Counted from the stretch's first letter, positions 19,650 to 28,206 are shown. The stretch is 32,000 nucleotides of DNA from Synechococcus elongatus PCC 6301 (GCF_000010065.1 NC_006576.1:270001-302000); one strand, 5' to 3'. The notes: a model not told the origin generated them from the sequence alone. Numbers and translations: made by a program.

Positions 19650-20048
19650 ATGGGCAAAGCAAAACTTCAGCGGCTACTGGGAGAACTCGAGGCGGTTCAA
19701 CTCTCCGATCGCCAGAATGCAGCAGCGATCTATACGGTAGCCACCGTGGCCGTCCAAAAGTTGAAAGAGCAAGCTGTTGCCCCGCCAGTGCCTGCTTTGC
19801 CCGAGGCTGCTCCTGTCGATTTTTCAGCGTTCAAACAGCAGTTCGTTGACCACAAAGCTTGTCGGCAATGGTTGAAAGGGCAGGGAGTTCAATTTGCCAA
19901 AACACCAAGCTGGGAAGACCTCTATCAGAGTTGGCGATACCTCCTGGCAGTCCAGCCAGCTCTGACAACAACCTTGCAAACTCATCCGTTACCGGCATCG
20001 GCAAAGCTCACGATTGCCCCTCACACTCTGCTGGAAAGTCTGGACTAG
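19650..20048 (+). CDS. hypothetical protein
   Basis: 132-aa ORF whose ATG lies 9 nt after the stop of the preceding gene, so co-transcription is likely. I recognise no family. Confidence 0.5.
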   Translation: MGKAKLQRLLGELEAVQLSDRQNAAAIYTVATVAVQKLKEQAVAPPVPALPEAAPVDFSAFKQQFVDHKACRQWLKGQGVQFAKTPSWEDLYQSWRYLLAVQPALTTTLQTHPLPASAKLTIAPHTLLESLD

Positions 20049-20073
20049 CCCAGGCTGGTAGCTACAGTTGAGG

Positions 20074-20550
20074 CTACTGGTCGGCTTGAACGATCAGTAC
20101 ATCGCAGCTGACGTGGTGGACGACATAGCTACTGACGCTGCCCATCAAGATTTCTGAAATCCCGCTCAGACCACGCCGACCCACAACAACGAGGTCTACG
20201 CCCAAGTCTTTGACGGCATCGCAAATGCCTCGGCTGGGATCGATAAAGCGAAGCAAGGGAATGGCTTCGATATTAACTGCGGTTGCTTGTTGTCGCAGAT
20301 CTTGCAGTTGCTGGCGGGCCAACTCAGCATCTTGCCGTTGGCTGGCTTCTGCCAAGCTGAGATCGACAGTCCAGTCAGATGGCGAGTTTAGGAAGTTGAT
20401 GTAGCTGCTGCTGTAGACCGGAGGTAATGGCGAGCAGTGCAGTAAAACCAGTTGAGCCTGATTTTGTTGGGCTAGCGTCAGCGCTTTCTTAAAAATCGAA
20501 CTTTTGCCAGCCGAAAGATCAATCGCTGCCAAGATTTTTTGATAGCTCAT
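20074..20550 (-). CDS. universal stress protein (UspA family)
   Basis: KILAAIDLS N-terminus and the ATP-binding motif G-x2-G-x9-GS (VVGRRGLSGISEILMGSVS). ATG at 20550. Confidence 0.85.
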   Translation of the reverse strand: MSYQKILAAIDLSAGKSSIFKKALTLAQQNQAQLVLLHCSPLPPVYSSSYINFLNSPSDWTVDLSLAEASQRQDAELARQQLQDLRQQATAVNIEAIPLLRFIDPSRGICDAVKDLGVDLVVVGRRGLSGISEILMGSVSSYVVHHVSCDVLIVQADQ

Positions 20551-20658
20551 CTGGCACCTCACAAGCAGCGCTGTTCTACTTCAATTATCCTGCTAGCCCT
20601 GCGAATTCAGTATTTAGCTGTCATTGCGAACTGTTGAGCATAGGGATGACAAGAGGGC

Positions 20659-22122
20659 TCAGCCAGTGGTTTGGCAGCGATCGCAGTGTCCACAGCGCCA
20701 AGTTGTGGGGTGATTGCTCCCGAAGGATTGCAACAGCGATCGCCAACGGCAGTCGCGACTGTAGAGGAACTGCCGCAGGGGTTGTAGATCCAGCCGGGGT
20801 GCTGGGCGTGGAGTGGGTATGGCTCGCCGCCGATACCGGAAGGGATCCAGCCACTGCAACTGCCCCAGTCTTTGCAGGTAGGCCAAGGCTAAATCCAGTT
20901 CATTACTACTGGCTAGGCTGCGAAGATCGCCACTGGCGGGAAGTTGCTGGGCTTGCCGTTGGGCCGCTTCCCATTGTTGCTGGGTAGCCTGCTGAAATCC
21001 TTGCCAGCGATCGCGATCGCTCGGATCGAGCCAACCACTGGGCTCACTCACTAAGGTCAGGCCTTGGGCCCGTTGTTGATCACGTCCACCACGGCCGACT
21101 TCTTGCAGATATTCACTGAGGAGCAAAGGGGGGTGTACATGGGCAACCCAGCGTACATCGCGCTTATCAATGCCCATCCCAAAGGCAGAGCTACAGACTG
21201 CAAAGGGCAGCGAACCAGTTTGCCAAGCTTGCTCAATTTGCCGCCGTTCGCGATCGCTCACTCCGGCATGATAAGCCGCGCAGCGGTAGCCTCGATTGCG
21301 CAAGCGGTCGGCCCAGGTTTCACAGTCGCGCCGGCTGCGCAGATAGATTAAGCCACTCTGACCTTGATGTTTGGCTAAAAAGTCTAAGAGCTGATTCTGA
21401 CGCTGGCGAGGCGTCCACACCGTCTTCACGGCTAGGACAAGATTGCTGCGATAGGGATCGCGCTGATGTCGTTGAGGTTGTTGCAGTTGTAGTATCTGGC
21501 TGAGTCGTGCCACCTCTTGGGGGTAAGCGGTCGCTGTGAAAGCTGCGATCGGGAAGGAAGGTTTACCCAATCGGACGAGAGCAGGTCGGATCGCACCTAG
21601 CCGCAGGTAGGTCGGTCGGAAACTTTCGCCCCACTGCAGCAGACAGTGGGCTTCGTCGAGGATGAGTCCTGCGATCGCAATCGTTGGCTCCGTCAGACGC
21701 GACCAGAGAGGCGTACTCAGTAAGGTTTCGGGCGCCAGATAGAGCAGCTTGAGTTGCGGTAACTTCTGAAGCACGGCCTTGCGATCGCGTGGAGCCATCT
21801 GGCTATGGAGGCAGGCGGCAGCAATTCCCCGTGCTTGTAGGTCCGCCACTTGATTTTCAATCAGGGCAATCAGCGGCGTCACCACGATCGTCAACCCCGA
21901 TCGCAGAAGTGCTGGCACTTGGAAGCAGAGCGATTTGCCACCGCCGGTTGGCCAGATGATCAGACAATCTCGACCTTGAGCGATCGCCTCTACAATCTCA
22001 GCCTGTCCCGGTCGAAAGGCGGGGTAACCCCAATGCTGCTGAAGCAGTTGTTGCGCGGTGAGTGATGCGGCCTGAACCATAGCCGGCAAACAAGCAGTGT
22101 CTCCAGCATTCCCGCTAGCCAC
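20659..22122 (-). CDS. recQ: RecQ-family ATP-dependent DNA helicase (short form, no HRDC)
   Basis: FGYPAFRPGQ-type motif 0, Walker A PTGGGKS, DEAH box LILDEAHCLLQWG. Helicase C motifs (AFGMGIDK, QEVGRGGRD). C-terminal Cys cluster CRWRSLL...CGHCDRC. The start is either GTG 22122 or ATG 22080. Confidence 0.85.
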   Translation of the reverse strand: MASGNAGDTACLPAMVQAASLTAQQLLQQHWGYPAFRPGQAEIVEAIAQGRDCLIIWPTGGGKSLCFQVPALLRSGLTIVVTPLIALIENQVADLQARGIAAACLHSQMAPRDRKAVLQKLPQLKLLYLAPETLLSTPLWSRLTEPTIAIAGLILDEAHCLLQWGESFRPTYLRLGAIRPALVRLGKPSFPIAAFTATAYPQEVARLSQILQLQQPQRHQRDPYRSNLVLAVKTVWTPRQRQNQLLDFLAKHQGQSGLIYLRSRRDCETWADRLRNRGYRCAAYHAGVSDRERRQIEQAWQTGSLPFAVCSSAFGMGIDKRDVRWVAHVHPPLLLSEYLQEVGRGGRDQQRAQGLTLVSEPSGWLDPSDRDRWQGFQQATQQQWEAAQRQAQQLPASGDLRSLASSNELDLALAYLQRLGQLQWLDPFRYRRRAIPTPRPAPRLDLQPLRQFLYSRDCRWRSLLQSFGSNHPTTWRCGHCDRCQTTG

Positions 22123-22137
22123 TGCAGATCCCCAAGC

Positions 22138-22707
22138 TCAGTCAATCAGCCAGTAGCCGTTCTCAGTGCAAACTGCTGAAAAAGGGATGTCCCAAGGATC
22201 GTGGGGTAACTCCGACATGATCTGCGCTGCATAGGCGACCACGATCGCCGGAATCGATCGCCAAGCTGGGTCCGCCCGCAGGCGATCGTAGTAGCCACCG
22301 CCATACCCCAACCGATAACCTTCCTTATCCACAGCCACTGCTGGCACGATGAGCAGATCAATTTCAGCTGGAGAGACTGTTAGAGAGTCTGCTAGAGGCG
22401 CAAGCACTCCAGCGCAGTCCTTTGCTAGAGGCTGTTCAAACTGATAGCAATGGGCATAAAGCCGTTGATTTTGACAGCGAGGCAGTGCCCATTGTTTGGG
22501 TTGCAAGAGTAGTGATCGCAAGTCCGGCTCAGCCCCTAGCGGCCAATAACTCAAAACCGTTGTCGCCCGCTGAAACAGCGAAGAGGCTTGCAAATGTACC
22601 GCGATCGCTTGGCTGTACTGCTGTCGTTCCACCACTGACAGCGATCGCCGTTCTGCAAGTAGTTGTCGCCGCAGGCTGGCCTTATCAAGGTGCAAGCGCG
22701 GAGTCAT
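22138..22707 (-). CDS. 5-formyltetrahydrofolate cyclo-ligase
   Basis: KASLRRQLLAERRSL N-terminus, YWPLGAEPDL, and the C-terminal VPAVAVDKEGYRLGYGGGYYDR block typical of MTHFS. Confidence 0.85.
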   Translation of the reverse strand: MTPRLHLDKASLRRQLLAERRSLSVVERQQYSQAIAVHLQASSLFQRATTVLSYWPLGAEPDLRSLLLQPKQWALPRCQNQRLYAHCYQFEQPLAKDCAGVLAPLADSLTVSPAEIDLLIVPAVAVDKEGYRLGYGGGYYDRLRADPAWRSIPAIVVAYAAQIMSELPHDPWDIPFSAVCTENGYWLID

Positions 22708-22945
22708 CCAAAACTGAGTGATCCACAGATTACAAGCGATCGAGGATGGAATGCTGGAATCAGGCTTCTGAAGGACATTTGCACTGATCTAATGATTGTC
22801 TACTTATGTTCTACAGTCATTTATCTTATATCAAGAAATTTGAGACTTAAAGCAAGTCCAACTTGAGTCTTTAATAAGAACCTTGGGATATGAAAAATTG
22901 GAGGCTCATGGTTACGATCCCAGAGATAACCAAGACGGGTTCGCT

Positions 22946-23908
22946 ATGTCACCGACAGTTGCCTTGCTGCGGGTCGATCGCTACGAAGCCCAATTGCTCG
23001 ATGAGCGACTCGCGGCCTTACTTGCGCCTTGGGGGGGAATGGCTGCTTTCGTGAAGCCCGGCCAGAAAGTCTTGCTCAAACCCAATTTGTTGACAGGAAA
23101 TCGGCCCGGTAAGGAGTGTGTGACGCGTCCCGACCTCGTAGCAGCGATCGCGCGGCTAGTTCGCCAAGTCGGTGGAGAGCCATTTTTGGGCGATAGTCCT
23201 GCTTTTGGGAGTGCCAAAGGGGTCGCGATCGCTAGTGGCTATGGCCCAATGTTGGAGGAACTCGATATTCCCCTAGTGGAATTTCGCGGTGTGCGACAGA
23301 GTACTGACAGTCCTACTTTTCAGCACCTCAGGCTTAGTCGGGAAGCTTTAGGGGCAGATGTCGTTATCAACATCCCCAAGCTCAAATCCCATGTGCAGCT
23401 GACGCTCTCGGCAGGCGTGAAAAATCTGTTTGGTTGCGTCCCCGGCAAGATGAAAGCGTGGTGGCACCTCGAAGCTGGGAAAGATCGCGATCGCTTTGGT
23501 GAAATGCTTGTGGAAACTGCTCGGGCGATCTCACCAGCACTGACGATTTTGGATGCGATCGTCGCCCATGAGGGCAATGGTCCCAGCAACGGCGAACCGC
23601 GATCGCTCAAGCTATTAGCAGCAGCGGATGATGTTTTTGCCCTCGATCAAGCCTGTGCAACATTGCTAGGGCTAAATGAGTTGGCCGTTCCGACCCTAGC
23701 AGCGGCAGCACGACTGCAATTACAGCATCCAACATTGCACTATCCCTTTCTAGATGCTGGTGATTGTCGGATTCTGGATTGGCGGCAACCCGACCGCCTA
23801 GTTCCCATTGATTTCGGTGCACCTAGAATTCTGCGATCAACCCTGAAGCATCTCTACATCCGATTAATTAAAGAACCGTTCCAAGCCTATGCACGGTCGT
23901 CTTCGTAG
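22946..23908 (+). CDS. DUF362 domain-containing protein
   Basis: VKPGQKVLLKPNLL, FLGDSPAFG, INIPKLKSHVQLTLSAGVKNLFGCVPG and AHEGNGPSNGEP blocks match my memory of DUF362. I prefer the ATG at 22946 over the TTG at 22883. Confidence 0.75.
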   Translation: MSPTVALLRVDRYEAQLLDERLAALLAPWGGMAAFVKPGQKVLLKPNLLTGNRPGKECVTRPDLVAAIARLVRQVGGEPFLGDSPAFGSAKGVAIASGYGPMLEELDIPLVEFRGVRQSTDSPTFQHLRLSREALGADVVINIPKLKSHVQLTLSAGVKNLFGCVPGKMKAWWHLEAGKDRDRFGEMLVETARAISPALTILDAIVAHEGNGPSNGEPRSLKLLAAADDVFALDQACATLLGLNELAVPTLAAAARLQLQHPTLHYPFLDAGDCRILDWRQPDRLVPIDFGAPRILRSTLKHLYIRLIKEPFQAYARSSS

Positions 23909-23962
23909 TTACGAGACTCGTACACAGATCAGTAGGTTGAGGAAACGAAAACGCGATCGCAA

Positions 23963-25693
23963 CTAGAGCTGACTAATCCGAACCGTCTGATTGCGACCAT
24001 TCAACTTCGCTTTGAGCATCGCCATATTTGCAGCTTTCAACAGCTCAGAGGGAGTTTGGCCAGCAGAAGGGAAGGCTGCAACGCCGAGAGAAATCGTGAT
24101 CCGACAATTGCTCACTGCTTTCTGACTCACAGCCAGTCGAATTTGCTCAGCCCGTTGATAGGTCATGTCCTCATCCATGCCTGGCAAAATGAGGACGAAC
24201 TCCTCGCCCCCATACCGACAAGCAAGATCTTCACCGCGCCGACACGATTCCAGCATCGTTTGTCCGAGTGTCTGCAACACTTGATCGCCAACAGCATGTC
24301 CAAAGCGCGTATTAAAGTCTTTGAATTTATCAACATCCAAGAAGATTAATCCCACTGAATAAGGGGCATCCCCTAGAGACCGCGATTCATTACGACGAAT
24401 TGCTGTTAGTAACGTTCGTTCAAGAATTTCATCAAGGAAACGCCGATTATAAAGAGCTGTATTACTATCTCGATAGCTCAACTGTTTGAGCTGTTCTTGA
24501 AGGTGCATTACTGCCAAAGGTAAGGCTAATTGCTGACCAAAAGACTCCACAATTTTTTGAGACTTAGGGTCAACATTAGTCAGGTGTAAAATACCAATCA
24601 GCTGTTCATGTGCTTGTAATGGAATACAGATAATATTATCAGGAATAATCTCTCCATGTAGATGGTGACAGAGACCGCAGGGATAGGTAAATTCCGCTTG
24701 ACTAGAGTGATAACATTCGCCTCGTCGCATTGCCCAACAATCGGAGGGCATCGCGAGAGAAGGTAATTCCAACTCACCAAAGCGAGCAATCTCAACGAGT
24801 GTATCTCTCGAAGCACTGATTTCAAGGACAGCACCTTGTGCTTGAGGAAACCAGCGCTGAAAGAAATCCTCCAGAATTTTTTTAATCTCTTCTGTAGAGC
24901 GACAGGTCAGGAGTAAACTACTTAATTTCTGTTCGAGCTGCAATACTTTGAGCTTGTGATTGAGCGTATCTTCTTTCTCTTGGTAATCATGATCAATGAC
25001 ACTCATCTCCCGTTGCTCTCGGCGTTGTTCTTGATAGAGTGCGATCGCAAGAGTCAAGCCTAGGAGCGAGCCTAAAATCAGGAGGACATTTGTGAGTAGA
25101 CGATAGCTATCAACATTAATTACACGACGATCGAGGATTCTTCGCTCATTTTGAACAATCTGATTGATTTGAGAGTGTACATTATAATAAGAGGCATCGA
25201 GGCTTGGTGTAGCCTCTTGCTTTGCATTCATTAGATTTTGCTGCTCCTCTAGCTTGGATTGGATCAGCGCTGATAACGCCGCAATCTCTTTCAACTGTTC
25301 TGGATTGGGGGGCTGAACATAAAAGCTTTTTAACTTATCAATTGAATCCAACAGCTGTTCTTGTCCAAGCTGATAGAGTTTGTTATCGGTTTCTTGGCGA
25401 CTTTCCAGGTAGCTGTTAAATCGGAAGAGCAGTCGAATCTGGTAGTAGTCAATTATTTGTGCAACTTCGATCGCTTCAAGAGAGCGATCGACTTGGCGAC
25501 GGGCTTCTTGAATTGCGAATAGTCCTAAGCTCCCTGCAATGCCAAAAACACCGAGGAGTAAGCCTGCCCCACCATAAACCCAAGAACGCCACCCCTTGAC
25601 TTTTAGGCGCGGTTTTGGGTTTGGTAGTCCTACCTCTATCTCATCCAGTAGTGACTGATCTGAGGAGTCTGCTGTACTGAAGGCATTTTGCAT
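23963..25693 (-). CDS. membrane-bound diguanylate cyclase: two TM helices flanking a helical sensor region, a Cys-rich GAF-like domain and a GGDEF domain
   Basis: GGEEF active site (CRYGGEEFVLILPG) with a canonical I-site RGED five residues upstream. TM helices GGAGLLLGVFGIAGSLGLFAI and LLILGSLLGLTLAIALY. The GAF-like segment ends in LIGILHLTN. Confidence 0.85.
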   Translation of the reverse strand: MQNAFSTADSSDQSLLDEIEVGLPNPKPRLKVKGWRSWVYGGAGLLLGVFGIAGSLGLFAIQEARRQVDRSLEAIEVAQIIDYYQIRLLFRFNSYLESRQETDNKLYQLGQEQLLDSIDKLKSFYVQPPNPEQLKEIAALSALIQSKLEEQQNLMNAKQEATPSLDASYYNVHSQINQIVQNERRILDRRVINVDSYRLLTNVLLILGSLLGLTLAIALYQEQRREQREMSVIDHDYQEKEDTLNHKLKVLQLEQKLSSLLLTCRSTEEIKKILEDFFQRWFPQAQGAVLEISASRDTLVEIARFGELELPSLAMPSDCWAMRRGECYHSSQAEFTYPCGLCHHLHGEIIPDNIICIPLQAHEQLIGILHLTNVDPKSQKIVESFGQQLALPLAVMHLQEQLKQLSYRDSNTALYNRRFLDEILERTLLTAIRRNESRSLGDAPYSVGLIFLDVDKFKDFNTRFGHAVGDQVLQTLGQTMLESCRRGEDLACRYGGEEFVLILPGMDEDMTYQRAEQIRLAVSQKAVSNCRITISLGVAAFPSAGQTPSELLKAANMAMLKAKLNGRNQTVRISQL

Positions 25694-26052
25694 CGCTCTA
25701 GAATCTTGAGGCTCCCATAGTCAGTATCGCCATACGTTTTTAGTATTCCCTAACTCATTTTGTCGCCCTTCAGGGTGTGCAAAAAACAATCCTGGTAAAT
25801 ATTCATTGATGCAAACTAGCGTGCTAATTATCAACTAGCAAATTTCACTGCTGCGAATCATTCCAAGCGATCGCTGCTCTTGCAGCAATTTCGACTGACC
25901 GTTCTATCTGAGTCATCTACAAGAAAATAAGACTGATATGAGACTGGGGTTATGAGTTACTAGATGCTAGGGTAACTGCTTGCCCTTCTGCGGTGTACGC
26001 AAGATGGCGGAATTCTGAAACTCTTATCTAGAGCAGTTTTAAGGGTGTTTAA

Positions 26053-26090
26053 AGTCCAGAACAGATTGATTTGGACTACTTTTATTTTTT
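26053..26090 (+). terminator. orphan terminator-like hairpin with a T-tract inside the ORF-free spacer
   Basis: Stem AGTCCAGA (26053-26060) / TTTGGACT (26070-26077), 8 bp with one G-U pair and a 9-nt loop, followed by ACTTTTATTTTTT. No annotated + strand gene ends here. The stem is AT-rich, so this is only moderately convincing. Confidence 0.4.
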
Positions 26091-26414
26091 GGAGATTGGC
26101 TTTTTGGGGTTCTTACAGCCTAACATGTCCTGCAAATTTTTCTCATTCTGGTCTCATTACTTCTTAATCGCTCTCACCAATTCCAGCAGCCTGGACTAAA
26201 TAGCGATCGTCTGAAAATTAGCGGTCAAAATCCCCAGTTCGGTTCTTATTTCGAGCCACGAAAAACTCCGGATTGTTCAGATCCAGTCCCGGATTCAGTC
26301 GCATATGCCCCATGTCTGCTTGGATAGAGCCGAGAACAGCCTGCCTCTAGGACAAGAAGCTCGCCACCTTGTTTCCGCTCCTAAGACTGTCTCAACTGAA
26401 ACAATATCTGCCCT

Positions 26415-26450
26415 ACAAAAAATTAGGCCCAAAGCGATCGCCCTGAGCCT
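26415..26450 (-). terminator. intrinsic terminator of the malic enzyme gene, built on a HIP1 site
   Basis: The - strand reads AGGCTCAGGGC-GATC-GCTTTGGGCCT, an 11-bp stem including 3 G-U pairs with a GATC loop formed by the centre of the HIP1 octamer. It is followed by AATTTTTT and starts about 30 nt after the stop at 26481. Confidence 0.7.
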
Positions 26451-26480
26451 AGAAAGGTTTGAAAGTGGCTGGGTTATGCG

Positions 26481-27890
26481 CTAGTGAGTCACAGCAAGAG
26501 TTTGCGCTAGACCATTTGCCTGTGCTGCTTCGACAACGGCGGCTGCGACAGCCGGCGCTACACGAGAATCAAAAGCACTGGGGACGATGTGCTCTGCCGA
26601 AAGAGTTTCTGGGGGTACTAGAGCTGCGATCGCTCGTGCAGCGGCTAGGAACATGCTGCTGGTCAGGCTCTTCGCCCGACAATCCAAGGCTCCACGGAAT
26701 ACGCCTGGGAAAGCCAGGACATTATTAATCTGGTTCGGGTAGTCACTGCGGCCCGTGGCGATGACGGCTGCCCGCCCCTGAATCAGCTCTGGTTGAATCT
26801 CGGGGATGGGGTTGGCCATCGCGAAAATAATGCGATCGCTCGCCATAGTTTCCACCATTTCGACGGTCAGCACCCCCGGCACGCTGACACCGATAAAGAC
26901 ATCCGCATTGACCAGAGCATCAGCTAAGCTCCCACCTGCTTCAATGGCGAATGCTTGCTTCTGGGGCGTCAGATCGCTGCGATCGCAACTAAGAATCCCG
27001 CGAGAATCACAAATGATGATGTTAGTAGCGCCCGCTTCCCGCAGCAGCGAGGCAACGGACAGACCGGCCGCACCGGCTCCATTCATCACGATCCGCACCT
27101 GTGAGAGCGATTTCTTGACCAGCTTCAGAGCGTTTTCAAGTGCTGCGAGGGTGACGATCGCGGTGCCATGCTGATCGTCGTGAAACACCGGGATATCTAG
27201 CTCTTGCTTCAGTCGAGCTTCAATTTCAAAGCAACGAGGAGCCGCAATATCCTCCAAATTCACGCCCCCAAAGACCGGCGCGATTCGCTTCATCGTCTCG
27301 ACAATCTCATCCGTGTCTTGGGTATCAAGACAAATCGGGAAGGCATCGACATCGCCAAACGCCTTGAACAGCATGGCTTTGCCCTCCATCACCGGCAATG
27401 CACCGGCTGGGCCAAGGTTACCAAGGCCAAGAACGGCGGTCCCATCGGTGACGATCGCCACCATGTTTTGTTTGACCGTTAGCTCGTAGACGCGATCGGG
27501 GTTAGCCGCAATCGCCTTACAAACGCGACCCACACCGGGCGTATAGGCCATAGCAAGCTGGGCTTGACTGGTCAACGGCAGCTTTGGCTCGACGCTAATT
27601 TTGCCACCACGGTGTAGTGCAAAGGTGCGATCTTCGCTGTCTAGCAACTCCAGATCCGGCACTGCTGCGATCGCTTCAACCACTGCTGCAGCCTGCTCTT
27701 CACTGGCCGCTTCTACTATCAGCCGACGGTCAATCCACTGGTTAGTCCGCTGCAGCAATTCCATCTCTGTTAAGTTCGCGCCGGTCGTGGCGATCGCCTG
27801 CACAACATGCAGCATGGCAGCGGTATTGCTGGGCATACGCACCAGAACCGAAACGCTGTGACTGGCATTAGGAGTAAGTGCAGAAGCCAT
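26481..27890 (-). CDS. NAD(P)-dependent malic enzyme with an N-terminal ACT-like domain
   Basis: LAMAYTPGVGRVC, VTDGTAVLGLGNLG, FGGVNLEDI, HDDQHGTA and the dinucleotide fold VMNGAGAAG. ATG at 27888-27890. Confidence 0.9.
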   Translation of the reverse strand: MASALTPNASHSVSVLVRMPSNTAAMLHVVQAIATTGANLTEMELLQRTNQWIDRRLIVEAASEEQAAAVVEAIAAVPDLELLDSEDRTFALHRGGKISVEPKLPLTSQAQLAMAYTPGVGRVCKAIAANPDRVYELTVKQNMVAIVTDGTAVLGLGNLGPAGALPVMEGKAMLFKAFGDVDAFPICLDTQDTDEIVETMKRIAPVFGGVNLEDIAAPRCFEIEARLKQELDIPVFHDDQHGTAIVTLAALENALKLVKKSLSQVRIVMNGAGAAGLSVASLLREAGATNIIICDSRGILSCDRSDLTPQKQAFAIEAGGSLADALVNADVFIGVSVPGVLTVEMVETMASDRIIFAMANPIPEIQPELIQGRAAVIATGRSDYPNQINNVLAFPGVFRGALDCRAKSLTSSMFLAAARAIAALVPPETLSAEHIVPSAFDSRVAPAVAAAVVEAAQANGLAQTLAVTH

Positions 27891-28022
27891 TGAGACAGGG
27901 GTGCGAAGAGTCTTAATGCCATTGTCCCACCCTGCTCGAGTCTCCCCTAAAGGATTTCTGCCTTCCTTTTAGCTAGAGGCACGGGCGATCAGCTATACGG
28001 TGAGATTTTAGCTTGTCTACTA

Positions 28023-28075
28023 GTCTTATAAAAGTCGCAACTAAGTCCAAAAACAAGTCTTATAAATCTTATAAA
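28023..28075. repeat. three copies of (G)TCTTATAAA in the malic enzyme upstream region
   Basis: GTCTTATAAA at 28023-28032 and 28057-28066. An abutting TCTTATAAA at 28067-28075 forms a tandem pair with the second copy. The repeats lie 133-185 bp upstream of the ATG. On the - strand each copy reads TTTATAAGA(C). Confidence 0.6.
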
Positions 28076-28110
28076 TAGACAAAAATCACCCTAGAGCTAA
28101 TCACTGACCT

Positions 28111-28145
28111 AAAAAAAGACCCAAAGCCTTAAACAGCCTTGAGTC
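28111..28145 (-). terminator. intrinsic terminator of the 2OG-oxygenase-like gene
   Basis: The - strand reads GACTCAAGGC-TGTTTAAG-GCTTTGGGTC-TTTTTTT: a 10-bp stem (two G-U pairs), an 8-nt loop and a U7 tail. It lies about 60 nt downstream of the stop at 28207. Confidence 0.75.
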
Positions 28146-28206
28146 CAGCGATCAGCTCTGCAAATGACTGATTTTTAAGGAACACTCAGTTTGTCTGTGC
28201 AGTCGC

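Noticed and set aside
22854-22860. Heptamer AAGTCCA recurring in three AT-rich spacers (22854, 26052, 28043)
   Set aside because: A 7-mer is expected about 4 times in 32 kb on two strands. I could not exclude further copies inside CDSs by eye, and the flanks share no extended similarity.
22890-23054. 54-aa ORF (MKNWRLMVTIPEI...) upstream of and overlapping the DUF362 start
   Set aside because: It is out of frame with and overlaps the conserved DUF362 N-terminus. It is Cys/Ser/Arg-rich with no motif and is probably spurious.
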